Of a DNA stretch of 64,000 nt, positions 30,319 through 39,303 are shown one piece after another. The position numbers and the translations under genes are program-made. The notes beneath the pieces were generated by a model. The model was not told the DNA's origin. It did no database searches and saw nothing but the letters and a program-made list of their open reading frames with translations. The stretch comes from a virus. Location: the IMG/VR virus record IMGVR_UViG_3300035670_000068, positions 1 through 64,000 of that record, one strand, 5' to 3'. The number at the start of each line of letters is the position of its first letter. The stretch's first letter is position 1.

Positions 30319-30952
30319 TTCTTGTCACCATCATTTCGATCTTGTCCTTGAAGCGCTTCTCGACGTAGATCGTCGGCGCCAGCTCTTCCAGGAGGTCTTT
30401 GTGGGTAGTGGCCACGATCAGAGTCGCGCCACACTGTTTTGCGAATTTGCGGACGTTGAAGCCAACGACCTTGGCGGTTGTGCGATCCAGAACGGCGCCG
30501 AACTCGTCAGCGACCCAGACCTTGCAGCCGCTCTCCATGAGCTTCGCGACCCGGAAGCGGTAACGCTGGCCGTCAGACAGCTCGCTCGGCTTGCGGATGA
30601 ACAGGTAGGCGTCGTTCAAGCCGGCCAGGTTCAGGATGCGAATCGCCTCTTCGGTGGTCTTACCCACCTGGTCGATCAGCGGCACTTCCAGGAGCTCAAC
30701 CTTGTCGATATCAGCGACCGGCTGCTCTTCGGCGATCTGCTTGGCCAGCTCTTTCAGCAGCAGGGACTTGCCCGAGCCTGACTGGCCGGTGATGTAGATC
30801 ACGTCGCCCTGGCGAACATCGAGCATCAGGTCGTCGTAGACCGTGAACTCTTTGTCTTCCAGGCCCAGGCCGAACGCTTCTGCGCACTCCAAGACCCGCT
30901 GAGAGCGGGTCACGGTGGTCTTGAACGACTTGCGGATCAGGTAGCTGCTCAC
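30308..30952 (-). CDS. Stand-alone ABC ATPase
   Basis: GQSGSGKS, signature LSDGQ, VADEF, TTH; no permease nearby. Confidence 0.9.
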   Translation of the reverse strand: MSSYLIRKSFKTTVTRSQRVLECAEAFGLGLEDKEFTVYDDLMLDVRQGDVIYITGQSGSGKSLLLKELAKQIAEEQPVADIDKVELLEVPLIDQVGKTTEEAIRILNLAGLNDAYLFIRKPSELSDGQRYRFRVAKLMESGCKVWVADEFGAVLDRTTAKVVGFNVRKFAKQCGATLIVATTHKDLLEELAPTIYVEKRFKDKIEMMVTRNDL

Positions 30953-31641
30953 GCCTCACCCCCAGCGAACTGGCCGGCGAATACGGTCAGAGCCTCGGCA
31001 CCCTGCAGGCCTGTTTCAGCCTCGATGATCGCGACGAACTTCTTGACCAGGCGAGCCTGCTCGCTGGTGAAGCTGGCGAAGCCCAGGACTTTGCCGACCG
31101 GGACAGAAGACTTGTCGGACTGCTCGATCTCGGTGGCGGTGCGCTCGGTCTGCTCGATCACTTCTGCGGAAATGTCATCGCTCAGCGCGCCAAGGTCGAT
31201 CTCGCCCAGGTCGTCGATGGCGAAGTTCAGATCGCGCTCGTCGAAGAACTTGGACATATCGAAGTCCAGGTCCAGCACCAGCTCGCGCAGTTCCTCGGAC
31301 AGCAGGCCTGTGTCGTAACCGCCCTCTTGGACCTTGTTGTCGATCAGGCGGAGGGCTCGGGCTTGCTCCTTCGTGATGCCTTTCAGCACCAGCACCGGGA
31401 CTTCGCCCTTCGGGTCAATCGAGATCGCTGCCAGGCGGCGACCATGACCGGCGATGATCGTGCCGTCTTCTTCAACGACGATGCGGGTGATCCAGCCGTT
31501 CTGGCGAATCGACTCTGCGATCTTGGCCACCTGCTTGGGCTCATGCTTCTTGGCGTTCTTCTCATACGGAATGAGCCTGGACACCGACCAGGTTTCTTCG
31601 GAGCGGACGATGCCGCTGAAATCAGTCGAAGTGGTTGCCAT
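30949..31641 (-). CDS. ParB N-terminal (Srx-like) domain protein
   Basis: PYEKNAKKH..IAESI..IIAGHGRRLAA..DNK. Confidence 0.85.
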   Translation of the reverse strand: MATTSTDFSGIVRSEETWSVSRLIPYEKNAKKHEPKQVAKIAESIRQNGWITRIVVEEDGTIIAGHGRRLAAISIDPKGEVPVLVLKGITKEQARALRLIDNKVQEGGYDTGLLSEELRELVLDLDFDMSKFFDERDLNFAIDDLGEIDLGALSDDISAEVIEQTERTATEIEQSDKSSVPVGKVLGFASFTSEQARLVKKFVAIIEAETGLQGAEALTVFAGQFAGGEA

Positions 31642-31798
31642 CAAAATCAAGTTCCATGCTGGTGAAGTCTTCGGTCGATTCCCAGGTCAGGTCACGATCC
31701 GGGTTCAGCGGGCGCACCCGCTCGGGCTTTTCCCGTTTCAGGCGCTCGCAGGCCTCTTCAACGGGGTTCAGTGCGATGTGAGGTCTTTCTTTCGGCAT
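31622..31798 (-). CDS. Small hypothetical protein (58 aa, not in ORF track)
   Basis: MPKERPHIALNPVEEACERL..GNHFD fills the gap between the two ParB genes. Confidence 0.45.
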   Translation of the reverse strand: MPKERPHIALNPVEEACERLKREKPERVRPLNPDRDLTWESTEDFTSMELDFDGNHFD

Positions 31799-31812
31799 AG
31801 GTAACTAACCGA

Positions 31813-32571
31813 TTAGTGAGACGAAAGCAGAAGATGAACCAGCGCATCGCCGTCGTTGGTCATATCGTCGGACTCCATGAAGCCCTGCTCGGCGCGGACC
31901 TTCTTGACGATCTCGCCGATCTTGGCTGCGTCCTCAACCGACACGCGGAAGCGGATGATCTGGTGGGTTCGAGTTGCAGCACCAGCGCCCAGGTCGATGG
32001 CAGCGCCCTTCTCTTCCTCGTCGTCGCCCAGGATCGAGTCGATCTCGACCTCGACTTTCTCGGCGGTGAGGTGGGAGAAGTAGCCGGCCAGCTCTTCCTC
32101 GTCGATGGGCATGGTCATCAGCAGCTCTTCGGCGCTGCCGATCTCCGGGTCTTGCAGCAGCGCAGAGAAGCGCAGCGCGTCGTCGGAGCCGTAGCGGAAG
32201 TTGTCGATCAGAGTCTCGCGCTTGGCGTCGGCATCGCTGATCTTGCCGCGATTGATAACCGGCACTCGGTCGTAGCCCAGAGAGATAGCCGCCATCGTGC
32301 GGTGCTGGCCGCCGATGATTTCCAGGGAGCCGTCTTCCAGGGTGCGAACCACGATGGGCCGCTTGATCCCGTCTTTCTGGATCGATGCCTCCAGCTTGAG
32401 CTGGTTGATCGGGTCCACGATGTTCGGGTTCCAGGGGTTCGGACGCAGGTCTTTCGGGTTGACCTCTTCCACCTGCATATCGTTGTACGCCAGTGGCAGG
32501 TCAGCCGGGGTCAGACCACCCGAGTTCAGGAATGCGTCCAGGTCTTCCAGGTCAGAAAAATCAGTGTTCAT
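31813..32571 (-). CDS. ParB N-terminal domain protein
   Basis: LRPNPWNPN..PIVVR..IIGGQHRTMAA. Confidence 0.85.
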   Translation of the reverse strand: MNTDFSDLEDLDAFLNSGGLTPADLPLAYNDMQVEEVNPKDLRPNPWNPNIVDPINQLKLEASIQKDGIKRPIVVRTLEDGSLEIIGGQHRTMAAISLGYDRVPVINRGKISDADAKRETLIDNFRYGSDDALRFSALLQDPEIGSAEELLMTMPIDEEELAGYFSHLTAEKVEVEIDSILGDDEEEKGAAIDLGAGAATRTHQIIRFRVSVEDAAKIGEIVKKVRAEQGFMESDDMTNDGDALVHLLLSSH

Positions 32572-32651
32572 TGAATTGCCTTGTTGGTGAACTTAACTAA
32601 CCACATAGTTATGCTAGAATAACTCTTGACAGTGTTAATCGGAAGTGTTCC

Positions 32652-34343
32652 ATGTCCAAATTCGTCAAGATTGTGTTCAACCCGGTCATCGCAGCCCTGG
32701 TTGAGCCAGATCGTGATGCCAAGCTCCTGGTCAACGATCTTCTGACCTACAAGATCGAGACCGGCATGAAGGGCATGGGCGTAGCTCACGGCTCGATGTT
32801 CGATATGAACAAGTGCCGTTTCCCGACAGGCTTCGTTCGCCTGGTCACGAAGAAGCTCGAAGGCGCCGGGTATCGTGTGCAGGTGGTTGGTAAGCCCGCT
32901 CCTGAACCTGCAGGCCCGTCCAACCCGGTTGTTGACTCGAACGCGCCGGACCCGCGCTACGACTATCAAGAAGAGACGATGAATCGTCTGGTCGTGCTCA
33001 AGCGCATGATTGCCCAGATCGCAACGGGCGGCGGTAAGTCTCGCACGTTCAAGCTGTGCTGCGAGCGCATCGCCCTCCCCACTCTGTTCCTGACCACTCG
33101 CAAGTCGCTGATGTACCAGATGGCTGCCGGCTATCGAACTGTGAAGTCTGGCCGCCCCGTTGGATTTATCGGTGACGGCCACTGGAAGCCCGAGCCGACC
33201 GGCGTGAACTTCGCCATCGTCGATACCCTGGTTTCTCGTCTTGAGGTCTGCTCTTTCGAGAGCGAGCTGGACAAGGCCGTCACCAAGCACGTCGAGGCGG
33301 TCGAGAAAGAAGTCCAGGCCGCGCTCAAGCGATTCAAGCTGCCGACGAACCCATCGACTCTGCGTCACGCCGACAAGGACACTCTGGCCAAGATCGCCAG
33401 CGTGAGATCGCGCGTGGAGCTTGCGAAGAAGCTCGACGAGAAGGCTCTTCAGGAGAAGATCAAGCGTAAGGTCGAAAAGCAGCAGGCTATTCGCGAAGAA
33501 ACTCTGCAGTTTCTGGCTCAGGTCGGATTCTTGTGCCTCGAAGAAGCGCACGAAGTCTCCGGTCAGGGCTTCTTCGATCTCTGCAACTCGATGCCGAACG
33601 CCCACTACCGCCTGGCTCTGACCGCAACCCCATTCATGAAGGACAGCGAAGAGGCTAATCTGCGCCTCATGGCGGTCACTGGAACGATCGGCATCAAGGT
33701 CAGCGAGAAAGACCTGATCGACCGGGGCATCTTGGCCAAGCCTTACTTCATGATCATGCCGTCGAAGCGCCCAGATGGAGTTTTGCGGGGAACCGCTTGG
33801 CAGGCCGCCTACGAACGCGGAATCGTCTCCAACACGGGCCGCAACATGCAGATCGTCCAGGCTGTTCAGATGGCCCGGCGTTATGGTCTGACCGCGATCA
33901 TCCTGGTGCAGCGAACCAAGCACGGCGAAGAGCTCAAGACCCTACTCAGCAACATCGGCGCTCGAACCGACTTCATCTACGGCGAGAACGAGCAGTCTGA
34001 GCGTCAGGCCGCCCTGGACAAGCTCGGCGCCGGCGAGATCGATGTGCTGATCGGCACCACAATTCTCGACGTTGGTGTGGACTGCCCATCTGTCGGCATG
34101 GTGATTCTCGCCGGTGGCGGCAAAGCAGAAGTGGCTCAGCGCCAGCGAATCGGTCGCGGCCTGCGTGCGAAGAAGTCCGGCCCCAACGTCTGCTTTGTGG
34201 TCGACTTCGACGATGTGTGGAACAACCACACTCACGGCCACTCGGTCGAGCGTCGCAGGATTATCGAATCGACGCCTGGGTTCGCCGAGAACATCGTCCC
34301 CTACTTCGATTTCGAAGGATTGGGCTTCAAGAGAGCCGCCTAA
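32652..34343 (+). CDS. SF2 (UvsW/DEAD-like) helicase
   Basis: ATGGGKS, EEAH, TATP, DVGVD, QRIGRGLR. Confidence 0.92.
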   Translation: MSKFVKIVFNPVIAALVEPDRDAKLLVNDLLTYKIETGMKGMGVAHGSMFDMNKCRFPTGFVRLVTKKLEGAGYRVQVVGKPAPEPAGPSNPVVDSNAPDPRYDYQEETMNRLVVLKRMIAQIATGGGKSRTFKLCCERIALPTLFLTTRKSLMYQMAAGYRTVKSGRPVGFIGDGHWKPEPTGVNFAIVDTLVSRLEVCSFESELDKAVTKHVEAVEKEVQAALKRFKLPTNPSTLRHADKDTLAKIASVRSRVELAKKLDEKALQEKIKRKVEKQQAIREETLQFLAQVGFLCLEEAHEVSGQGFFDLCNSMPNAHYRLALTATPFMKDSEEANLRLMAVTGTIGIKVSEKDLIDRGILAKPYFMIMPSKRPDGVLRGTAWQAAYERGIVSNTGRNMQIVQAVQMARRYGLTAIILVQRTKHGEELKTLLSNIGARTDFIYGENEQSERQAALDKLGAGEIDVLIGTTILDVGVDCPSVGMVILAGGGKAEVAQRQRIGRGLRAKKSGPNVCFVVDFDDVWNNHTHGHSVERRRIIESTPGFAENIVPYFDFEGLGFKRAA

Positions 34344-34485
34344 TAGCCCACGAATACCCCACGAATGCGGGGTTTTTGTTGGTGAATCAAAAAAATCTCA
34401 AAAAAGCTGTTGCATACCCGAGAGTCGCTGTGTAAATTTTGCATCGTGTTCAGTAAGCAGTTAGTTAGCGAAGACGGAGACAGCG

Positions 34486-35022
34486 ATGAAGTTCTATGTG
34501 GGCTGCGGCTCTACAGAAGCTCCACCGCAAATCCTCAAGCTGATGTGCAAGCTGGCAGCTCTGATGGATCAACGAGGGTTCACCCTCAGAACCTCAGAGC
34601 AACCTGGGCCGGATGAAGCGTTCAGGCAAGGATCGGGCGGTAAGTTCTTCACCTACCTGGCCGATCAGGACTTCGAAGGGAAAAGCGTGTGGGGTATCCC
34701 CGCCGACATAACCTTCGGTGGAGCACGCTCGGTCCTTGCCCGAAAGCTGAACCCGATGTTTGTGATGCTCCCGGATAGCGAAAAGCGCTGGGAGATCGTA
34801 GCGAATCAGGTGCTGCTCGGTAGCTCAGGCGACGACCTCGCGAAGCTGCTGATTACTTGGACAAAGGACGGCGCGACGAAGCCTGCAGAGTTCACCGAGA
34901 ACACTGGCAACGTCGCAAGGTATCTGAAACTGGCTGATCGCTTCGGCGTGCCGGTGATGAATCTGGCCCGTCGAGATCACCGGGACAAGGCGCTGTCTTG
35001 GCTTGGGTTGAAAAGTAAGTAA
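34486..35022 (+). CDS. SLOG/DprA-like protein
   Basis: YVGCGSTEAP..LRTS..GPDEAF..QVLLG..WTKDG..VPVMNL; degenerate SLOG motifs. Confidence 0.55.
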   Translation: MKFYVGCGSTEAPPQILKLMCKLAALMDQRGFTLRTSEQPGPDEAFRQGSGGKFFTYLADQDFEGKSVWGIPADITFGGARSVLARKLNPMFVMLPDSEKRWEIVANQVLLGSSGDDLAKLLITWTKDGATKPAEFTENTGNVARYLKLADRFGVPVMNLARRDHRDKALSWLGLKSK

Positions 35023-35048
35023 CCGCTTAAATAGAAGGAAAATGTCTC

Positions 35049-35483
35049 ATGCTGGGCAAACTGTTTGGTAAAGGTCGCGAAGCTCGTGCTGCTGTGGCCA
35101 AGCTGGAAAACCGCGACATGATGCAAGCTGCTGTCTACGGCTGCTTCTACGTCGCCTCCGCCGATGGCGAGATCGAAGCTGCAGAGCTGGCGAAGGTCGA
35201 GTCTCTGCTGCGCAACAACCCGGCTCTGTCCGCCTTCGGCGTCGAGCTGAGCAAGGTCATCGATCAGGCCAAAGCTGACTTCCAGGAAGGCGGCGCCCGC
35301 ATCATCCGCATGAACGCCGAGCGCGAGCTGGCTGATCTGGCTCACGATCCGAAGTCTGCCGAAACCGTCCTCAACTTCATGCTGACCGTCTCCGAAGCGG
35401 ACGGCGAGATCGAGGACGCCGAAATGCACGCCCTGGAGCGCGCTGCCGGCAAGATGAACCTGCGTCTCAAGGACTACCTGTGA
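35049..35483 (+). CDS. TerB-family protein
   Basis: Two ADGEIE..E motifs. Confidence 0.85.
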   Translation: MLGKLFGKGREARAAVAKLENRDMMQAAVYGCFYVASADGEIEAAELAKVESLLRNNPALSAFGVELSKVIDQAKADFQEGGARIIRMNAERELADLAHDPKSAETVLNFMLTVSEADGEIEDAEMHALERAAGKMNLRLKDYL

Positions 35484-35734
35484 TCAACAAGATCGCCGGT
35501 GTGTTCGGCACGAAGTTCACCGAGAAGGGTAAGCGGTTCGTCAAGGTTCTGCTTATCGTCTGGGCGCTCTTCATGGTCGTCAGCTTCGTAGCAACCCGGC
35601 TCTTCGCCTGGGGCGTCTGCGAGTGGTACGGCAGTGAGACGGGTCGTGAAGTTCGCTACGCAACCTTCATCGGTTGCATGGTGAAAGTGAACGATACCTG
35701 GGTGCCGCGAAACGAACTTCGCATCGTGCAGTGA
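35480..35734 (+). CDS. Small membrane protein
   Basis: One TM segment; GTGA overlap with TerB-like gene. Confidence 0.65.
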   Translation: MINKIAGVFGTKFTEKGKRFVKVLLIVWALFMVVSFVATRLFAWGVCEWYGSETGREVRYATFIGCMVKVNDTWVPRNELRIVQ

Positions 35735-35766
35735 CGGTTTCGAGCCTTTGTCCGCAACAAAGGCTC

Positions 35767-35839
35767 CATCTGAAAACCTACTGGCTGCTCAAAAGGGCTT
35801 GCCATGACCCGGACTCCACAGTCAGTAGGTTTTCAGATG
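35767..35839 (+). other. 21-bp stem-loop abutting tRNA-Asn
   Basis: CATCTGAAAACCTACTGGCTG pairs with CAGTCAGTAGGTTTTCAGATG (one G-U). Confidence 0.7.
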
Positions 35840-35840
35840 T

Positions 35841-35917
35841 TGGTGCGTAGCTCAGTTGGTAGTAGCAGGTGACTGTTAATCACCAGGTCGAAGGTTCGAG
35901 CCCTTCCGCACCAGCCA
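35841..35917 (+). tRNA. tRNA-Asn(GTT)
   Basis: Cloverleaf, GGTGA-CTGTTAA-TCACC, GTTCGA, encoded CCA. Confidence 0.93.
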
Positions 35918-35929
35918 GTTTGTTTTTGC

Positions 35930-36006
35930 CGGCGCATAGCTCAACTGGACAGAGCATCGGGCTTCTATCCCGTTGGTTGTAGGTTCGAGTCCTACTGCGT
36001 CGGCCA
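35930..36006 (+). tRNA. tRNA-Arg(TCT)
   Basis: Cloverleaf, CGGG-CTTCTAT-CCCG, GTTCGA, CCA. Confidence 0.9.
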
Positions 36007-36021
36007 CTTGAGATAGAGAGG

Positions 36022-36210
36022 TTGAAGATGGAAGTGTTGTCTGGCGGTATCGCCACTCTGATGAACGCGCACGACGCCTATAGCGTCAACGCCCCGATTC
36101 ACGAAGCGGAAGGCAATCATGAGCAGGCTCAGTTCTGCCGCGATATGGCTGCCGACCTGCAGCTTTCCATCGTTGCTCTCAAGATGGTTCAGAGTTCCGA
36201 GCCGGTATAG
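36022..36210 (+). CDS. Small hypothetical protein within tRNA cluster
   Basis: SD GAGG; ORF end overlaps tRNA-Thr 5' end. Confidence 0.55.
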   Translation: MKMEVLSGGIATLMNAHDAYSVNAPIHEAEGNHEQAQFCRDMAADLQLSIVALKMVQSSEPV

Positions 36211-36276
36211 CTCAGTTGGTAGAGCAGCTGCTTTGTAAGCAGAGGGTCGTGGGTTCGAAACCTACTGCCGGCACCA
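36201..36276 (+). tRNA. tRNA-Thr(TGT)
   Basis: Cloverleaf, CTGC-TTTGTAA-GCAG, CCA. Confidence 0.93.
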
Positions 36277-36283
36277 GAGCAAT

Positions 36284-36359
36284 GCGTAGGTAGCTCAAAT
36301 GGGAGAGCGACGGATTCCAAATCCGTTGGTTGGTGGTTCGACTCCATCCCTGCGCGCCA
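36284..36359 (+). tRNA. tRNA-Trp(CCA)
   Basis: Cloverleaf, ACGGA-TTCCAAA-TCCGT, CCA. Confidence 0.9.
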
Positions 36360-36360
36360 G

Positions 36361-36800
36361 ACACCCCTGACCGGGTGGCCCTGAAAGACCTGGATGACTA
36401 CAGGTATCGCTCAGGCTGATGCAGTCGCCCCGAGGGGCTTTCAGCAAGAGAGTGGGCAGTCGAGCGTAAAGCCGCTCAATGCGGAAGGTGAGCTTCCTTA
36501 TCCGAAAGGACGACCGTGGCGACGGGCAACGCAACCCTCCTGGCCGGGTAAAAGACCAGGAAGAGCAACTGCGGTACGTTCGTGGCTGGTGTCATGAGTC
36601 TGCTAGGGTAAGGTGGCTTTCGTGCCGAGCCCAACGTGCAGAGCCGGCCTGCCACCACGAATGAAGGGCGTTTTTTCTCCTTTTACGCCCGAGCAAAGGC
36701 CGGCTACCTCCTGACCTGTCGCCCCGGCAGGAACGAAACTCGCGGGGCTTCCCAGCCCTGGTCTGACACCTCACCCAATCGTCAGACCAGGGCTTTTTTC
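36361..36800 (+). ncRNA. Candidate large structured ncRNA
   Basis: Nested helices and short-loop hairpins, no credible ORF, ends in terminator. Confidence 0.55.
36754..36799 (+). terminator. Intrinsic terminator
   Basis: AGCCCTGGTCTGAC..GTCAGACCAGGGCT followed by a T run. Confidence 0.75.
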
Positions 36801-36968
36801 GTCTGTCAGAAAGCAGCAGCTCGAACAGCGTGGCAAGCGCTCAGATTTGCGCTGTGCTGCGCGATCTCTCTTGACGTGCATCGACGTAGCGCTAGAAAAG
36901 AAAAACGCTCAGAGCGCGAACCCTGAGCGTTTCTGTGAAGCTGGAGATCGATCGTTAGGCGAGCGCTT

Positions 36969-37442
36969 TCATACGAACCCCCAGCTCTCGATATCGAAGG
37001 TCTTGATGCGACCACCAGAGAAGCAGTCCAGCTCGCAGGCCACCTTGACCGCTTCGGTAGCAGACTTGCCCAGAGACATTGCTGCCATCGCGAAGTCTGT
37101 ACCGCTACCGATGGCCACCGGGCTCTCAGTCGGCATGGGGACCAGACGATGCTCCAGGACGAACGCTTCGCCAGTCTCCAGGATCAGCAGGCCGCTCATT
37201 TCACCCGGCTCGAACTCGGGGATCATTTCGCAGTCGTGCAGATCGTTGCCTTCCAGGTGCTTCTTGAGCAGCAGGATCGACTCGTAGCTGCCGGCGCCAG
37301 CGAGAACAGCTTTAACTTCGACACCGTTGGCGCGAGTGACCAGCGGGAAAATCTTCTGGGTGGACTTGGCTGAGATCAGGTTGCCGAGCGTTGCGCGACC
37401 ATCAGCGGCCAGGAACTGTCCGTCGAATGCGACTGTGGTCAT
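36969..37442 (-). CDS. HslV/proteasome-beta-like Ntn protease
   Basis: M-T-T N-terminus, AADGRAT, AIGSG..AMAAM, D.FSGG. Confidence 0.85.
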   Translation of the reverse strand: MTTVAFDGQFLAADGRATLGNLISAKSTQKIFPLVTRANGVEVKAVLAGAGSYESILLLKKHLEGNDLHDCEMIPEFEPGEMSGLLILETGEAFVLEHRLVPMPTESPVAIGSGTDFAMAAMSLGKSATEAVKVACELDCFSGGRIKTFDIESWGFV

Positions 37443-37684
37443 CAGAAGCCCTCCGGGCAGGCGACAGCGCGAGTGATCGCCATGAAGCCCTTCTGCAGAT
37501 CGGTCGTGCCGATGCTCAGCCAGCGCATATCGATCTGGTGTCCGCCAGTTTGGTAGTGAGTCGCTTCCAGGTAGGTGATCAGGTCTTTCACCTCCTGGGC
37601 CTTGGCCTTGATCTTGTTGATGCAATCGATCTCGTCCTCGGTCAGATCGCGATAGCCCTTGATCAGACGATGCTGATTATCCAT
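37442..37684 (-). CDS. acb2: Anti-CBASS cyclic-oligonucleotide sponge Acb2
   Basis: MDNQH..IKGYRDL..EID..N..K and RWL.IG.TD.Q.G.MAI.RA.A.P..F match the Acb2 pattern. Confidence 0.9.
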   Translation of the reverse strand: MDNQHRLIKGYRDLTEDEIDCINKIKAKAQEVKDLITYLEATHYQTGGHQIDMRWLSIGTTDLQKGFMAITRAVACPEGF

Positions 37685-37730
37685 TCCGCCACCTACTGCA
37701 AAGTAACTAAGTAGTTAGTATTATATCACT

Positions 37731-38030
37731 TTGCCGAATATGCCCATAAGGAGCCCTATGTTCACCGTTTATTCCATGCCCAACTGCCCGGACTGCATGA
37801 ACGCCAAAAACCTGCTCAAGCGAGAAGGCATGGAGTTCCAAGAGAAGGTCGCTGGCCAAGATTTCACGCGCGAAGAGCTGGTAGACCTGATCGGCCCGGT
37901 ACGCACTCTCCCGCAGATCACTCGCTCTACCGAAGAGGGTCTGTTTCACATCGGCGGCTATCGTGATTTGGTGGCTCTGATGAACGGCGGAGGCTCTACC
38001 GTGCGCAAAATCGAGCAGCCGGTCGTCTGA
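37731..38030 (+). CDS. Glutaredoxin
   Basis: CPDC, TLPQI, HIGGY. Confidence 0.9.
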   Translation: MPNMPIRSPMFTVYSMPNCPDCMNAKNLLKREGMEFQEKVAGQDFTREELVDLIGPVRTLPQITRSTEEGLFHIGGYRDLVALMNGGGSTVRKIEQPVV

Positions 38031-38230
38031 TCGTTGTGTCAAAAATTCGCGATGTTGGTTGCTGAAACCTCTTTTAGCCTCTAACGTGCGCGGCCTTTGC
38101 GGTTTGTTCTCCACACTATCCCGCATCCCCGAACCAAGGCAGAACCAGACTTGGTTCGGGTTTTTTCCCGCCTAGACTTCTTCGCGTCTATAACGGTGAC
38201 AGAGCAACCACGAAAAACGAGGTATCTGTC

Positions 38231-38452
38231 ATGCACTTTCTTATCGCAACCAGCCCGCAAGGTCATCGACTGGTTGACTTCGGCGACGAGATCATGAGGC
38301 TCAAAACCTCGATGAACGCCTACCTGGAGAGCCATATCGGCCACCAGCCGGCGATCTTTAACGAAAAAATGGTTCGGGACGCTTTCCTCTGTGACGAGTA
38401 CGGCGTCCCGATTCAAGACGACGGATATCTGATCCGTCTCGACGATCTCTGA
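38231..38452 (+). CDS. Hypothetical protein
   Basis: SD GAGG; plausible ORF. Confidence 0.55.
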   Translation: MHFLIATSPQGHRLVDFGDEIMRLKTSMNAYLESHIGHQPAIFNEKMVRDAFLCDEYGVPIQDDGYLIRLDDL

Positions 38453-38467
38453 CAGGATCGAGGAAGG

Positions 38468-39205
38468 TTAGGCGTTCAGCTTCGCTCTGCTGAGCGCCTG
38501 GCTTGCCAGCTTAGAGACCAGCCCGCCGTTTGCTTTGCTTCTTGCCTGCAGAGCGTTCTCCCGCAAAACAGCCCCCTTCGCAATGAAGTCAGCCACGTCA
38601 TCGTTCAGAACGCTCACGCGCATGGCTTCGTCACGCATGATCAGCAGCTCACCCTCGGACACTTCTCGATAGGGATCGGGGTCGTCTCGATTGATCCGGC
38701 TCTCGATGACCAAGGCTGTAGCGATGCGAGAGATCAGCAGCTCCTGGTCTGCAGCAACCTTTCTGTCGCTCCCAATCGTGACGCTCTTTGTCTTGCCCAC
38801 CAAGGGCGAGTACACGCTGCAATACATGAACGGGGTAGCGTCAACCACCTTCCAGTGCAGCTTCACACGGTCGCTGAGCATGATCGGCTGCGCGTGCTTG
38901 CACTGAGCGTCGTTGCGGTTGACCAGCTTCACTGCTTTGCCGACCTTCTTGAGCTGGCCAAGCTCGGACTCGATACGCCGGATGACTGCAGCCAGGCTTT
39001 CAGCCGGATCGACGCCGGCATCAGATACCGAGCCGGAAATCAGCACCTGACCCTTGCGCTCGATCTTGATCTGCCAGGAATTGCTCTTGTAGTTCCGGGC
39101 GACACCTCGCGGAACGAGCATGAGCCTGTCGTTGACTTCGATTTGACGCGCCGGGAACTTGGTATCGCCGATTACCAGGTGCTGAGCTTGTTTGCTTTCG
39201 GACAT
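38468..39205 (-). CDS. Hypothetical protein (possible DNA-binding)
   Basis: 245-aa ORF; VPRGVAR..WQIKI recalls AP2-like domains. Confidence 0.6.
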   Translation of the reverse strand: MSESKQAQHLVIGDTKFPARQIEVNDRLMLVPRGVARNYKSNSWQIKIERKGQVLISGSVSDAGVDPAESLAAVIRRIESELGQLKKVGKAVKLVNRNDAQCKHAQPIMLSDRVKLHWKVVDATPFMYCSVYSPLVGKTKSVTIGSDRKVAADQELLISRIATALVIESRINRDDPDPYREVSEGELLIMRDEAMRVSVLNDDVADFIAKGAVLRENALQARSKANGGLVSKLASQALSRAKLNA

Positions 39206-39303
39206 TTTTCTACCTGTGTGTTATTCGCTGAGTTTTACGGCCAATATATTTGGCTCTGTTCTATAAAGCGTTATGTCGCAAAGTATATAGTGTTAAAACC
39301 GTT

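Noticed and set aside
30308-30952. ABC transporter
   Set aside because: No membrane subunit; context is ParB/GNAT/terminase.
30949-32571. Plasmid partition parAB locus
   Set aside because: No ParA and no clear HTH-type ParB C-terminus; these are ParB-N proteins of the packaging-linked type.
36361-36800. tmRNA, RNase P RNA, hammerhead or group I/II intron identity
   Set aside because: No tRNA-like ends, no GAGGAAAGTCC, no intact CTGANGA..GAAA core, and no intron boundary motifs recognised.
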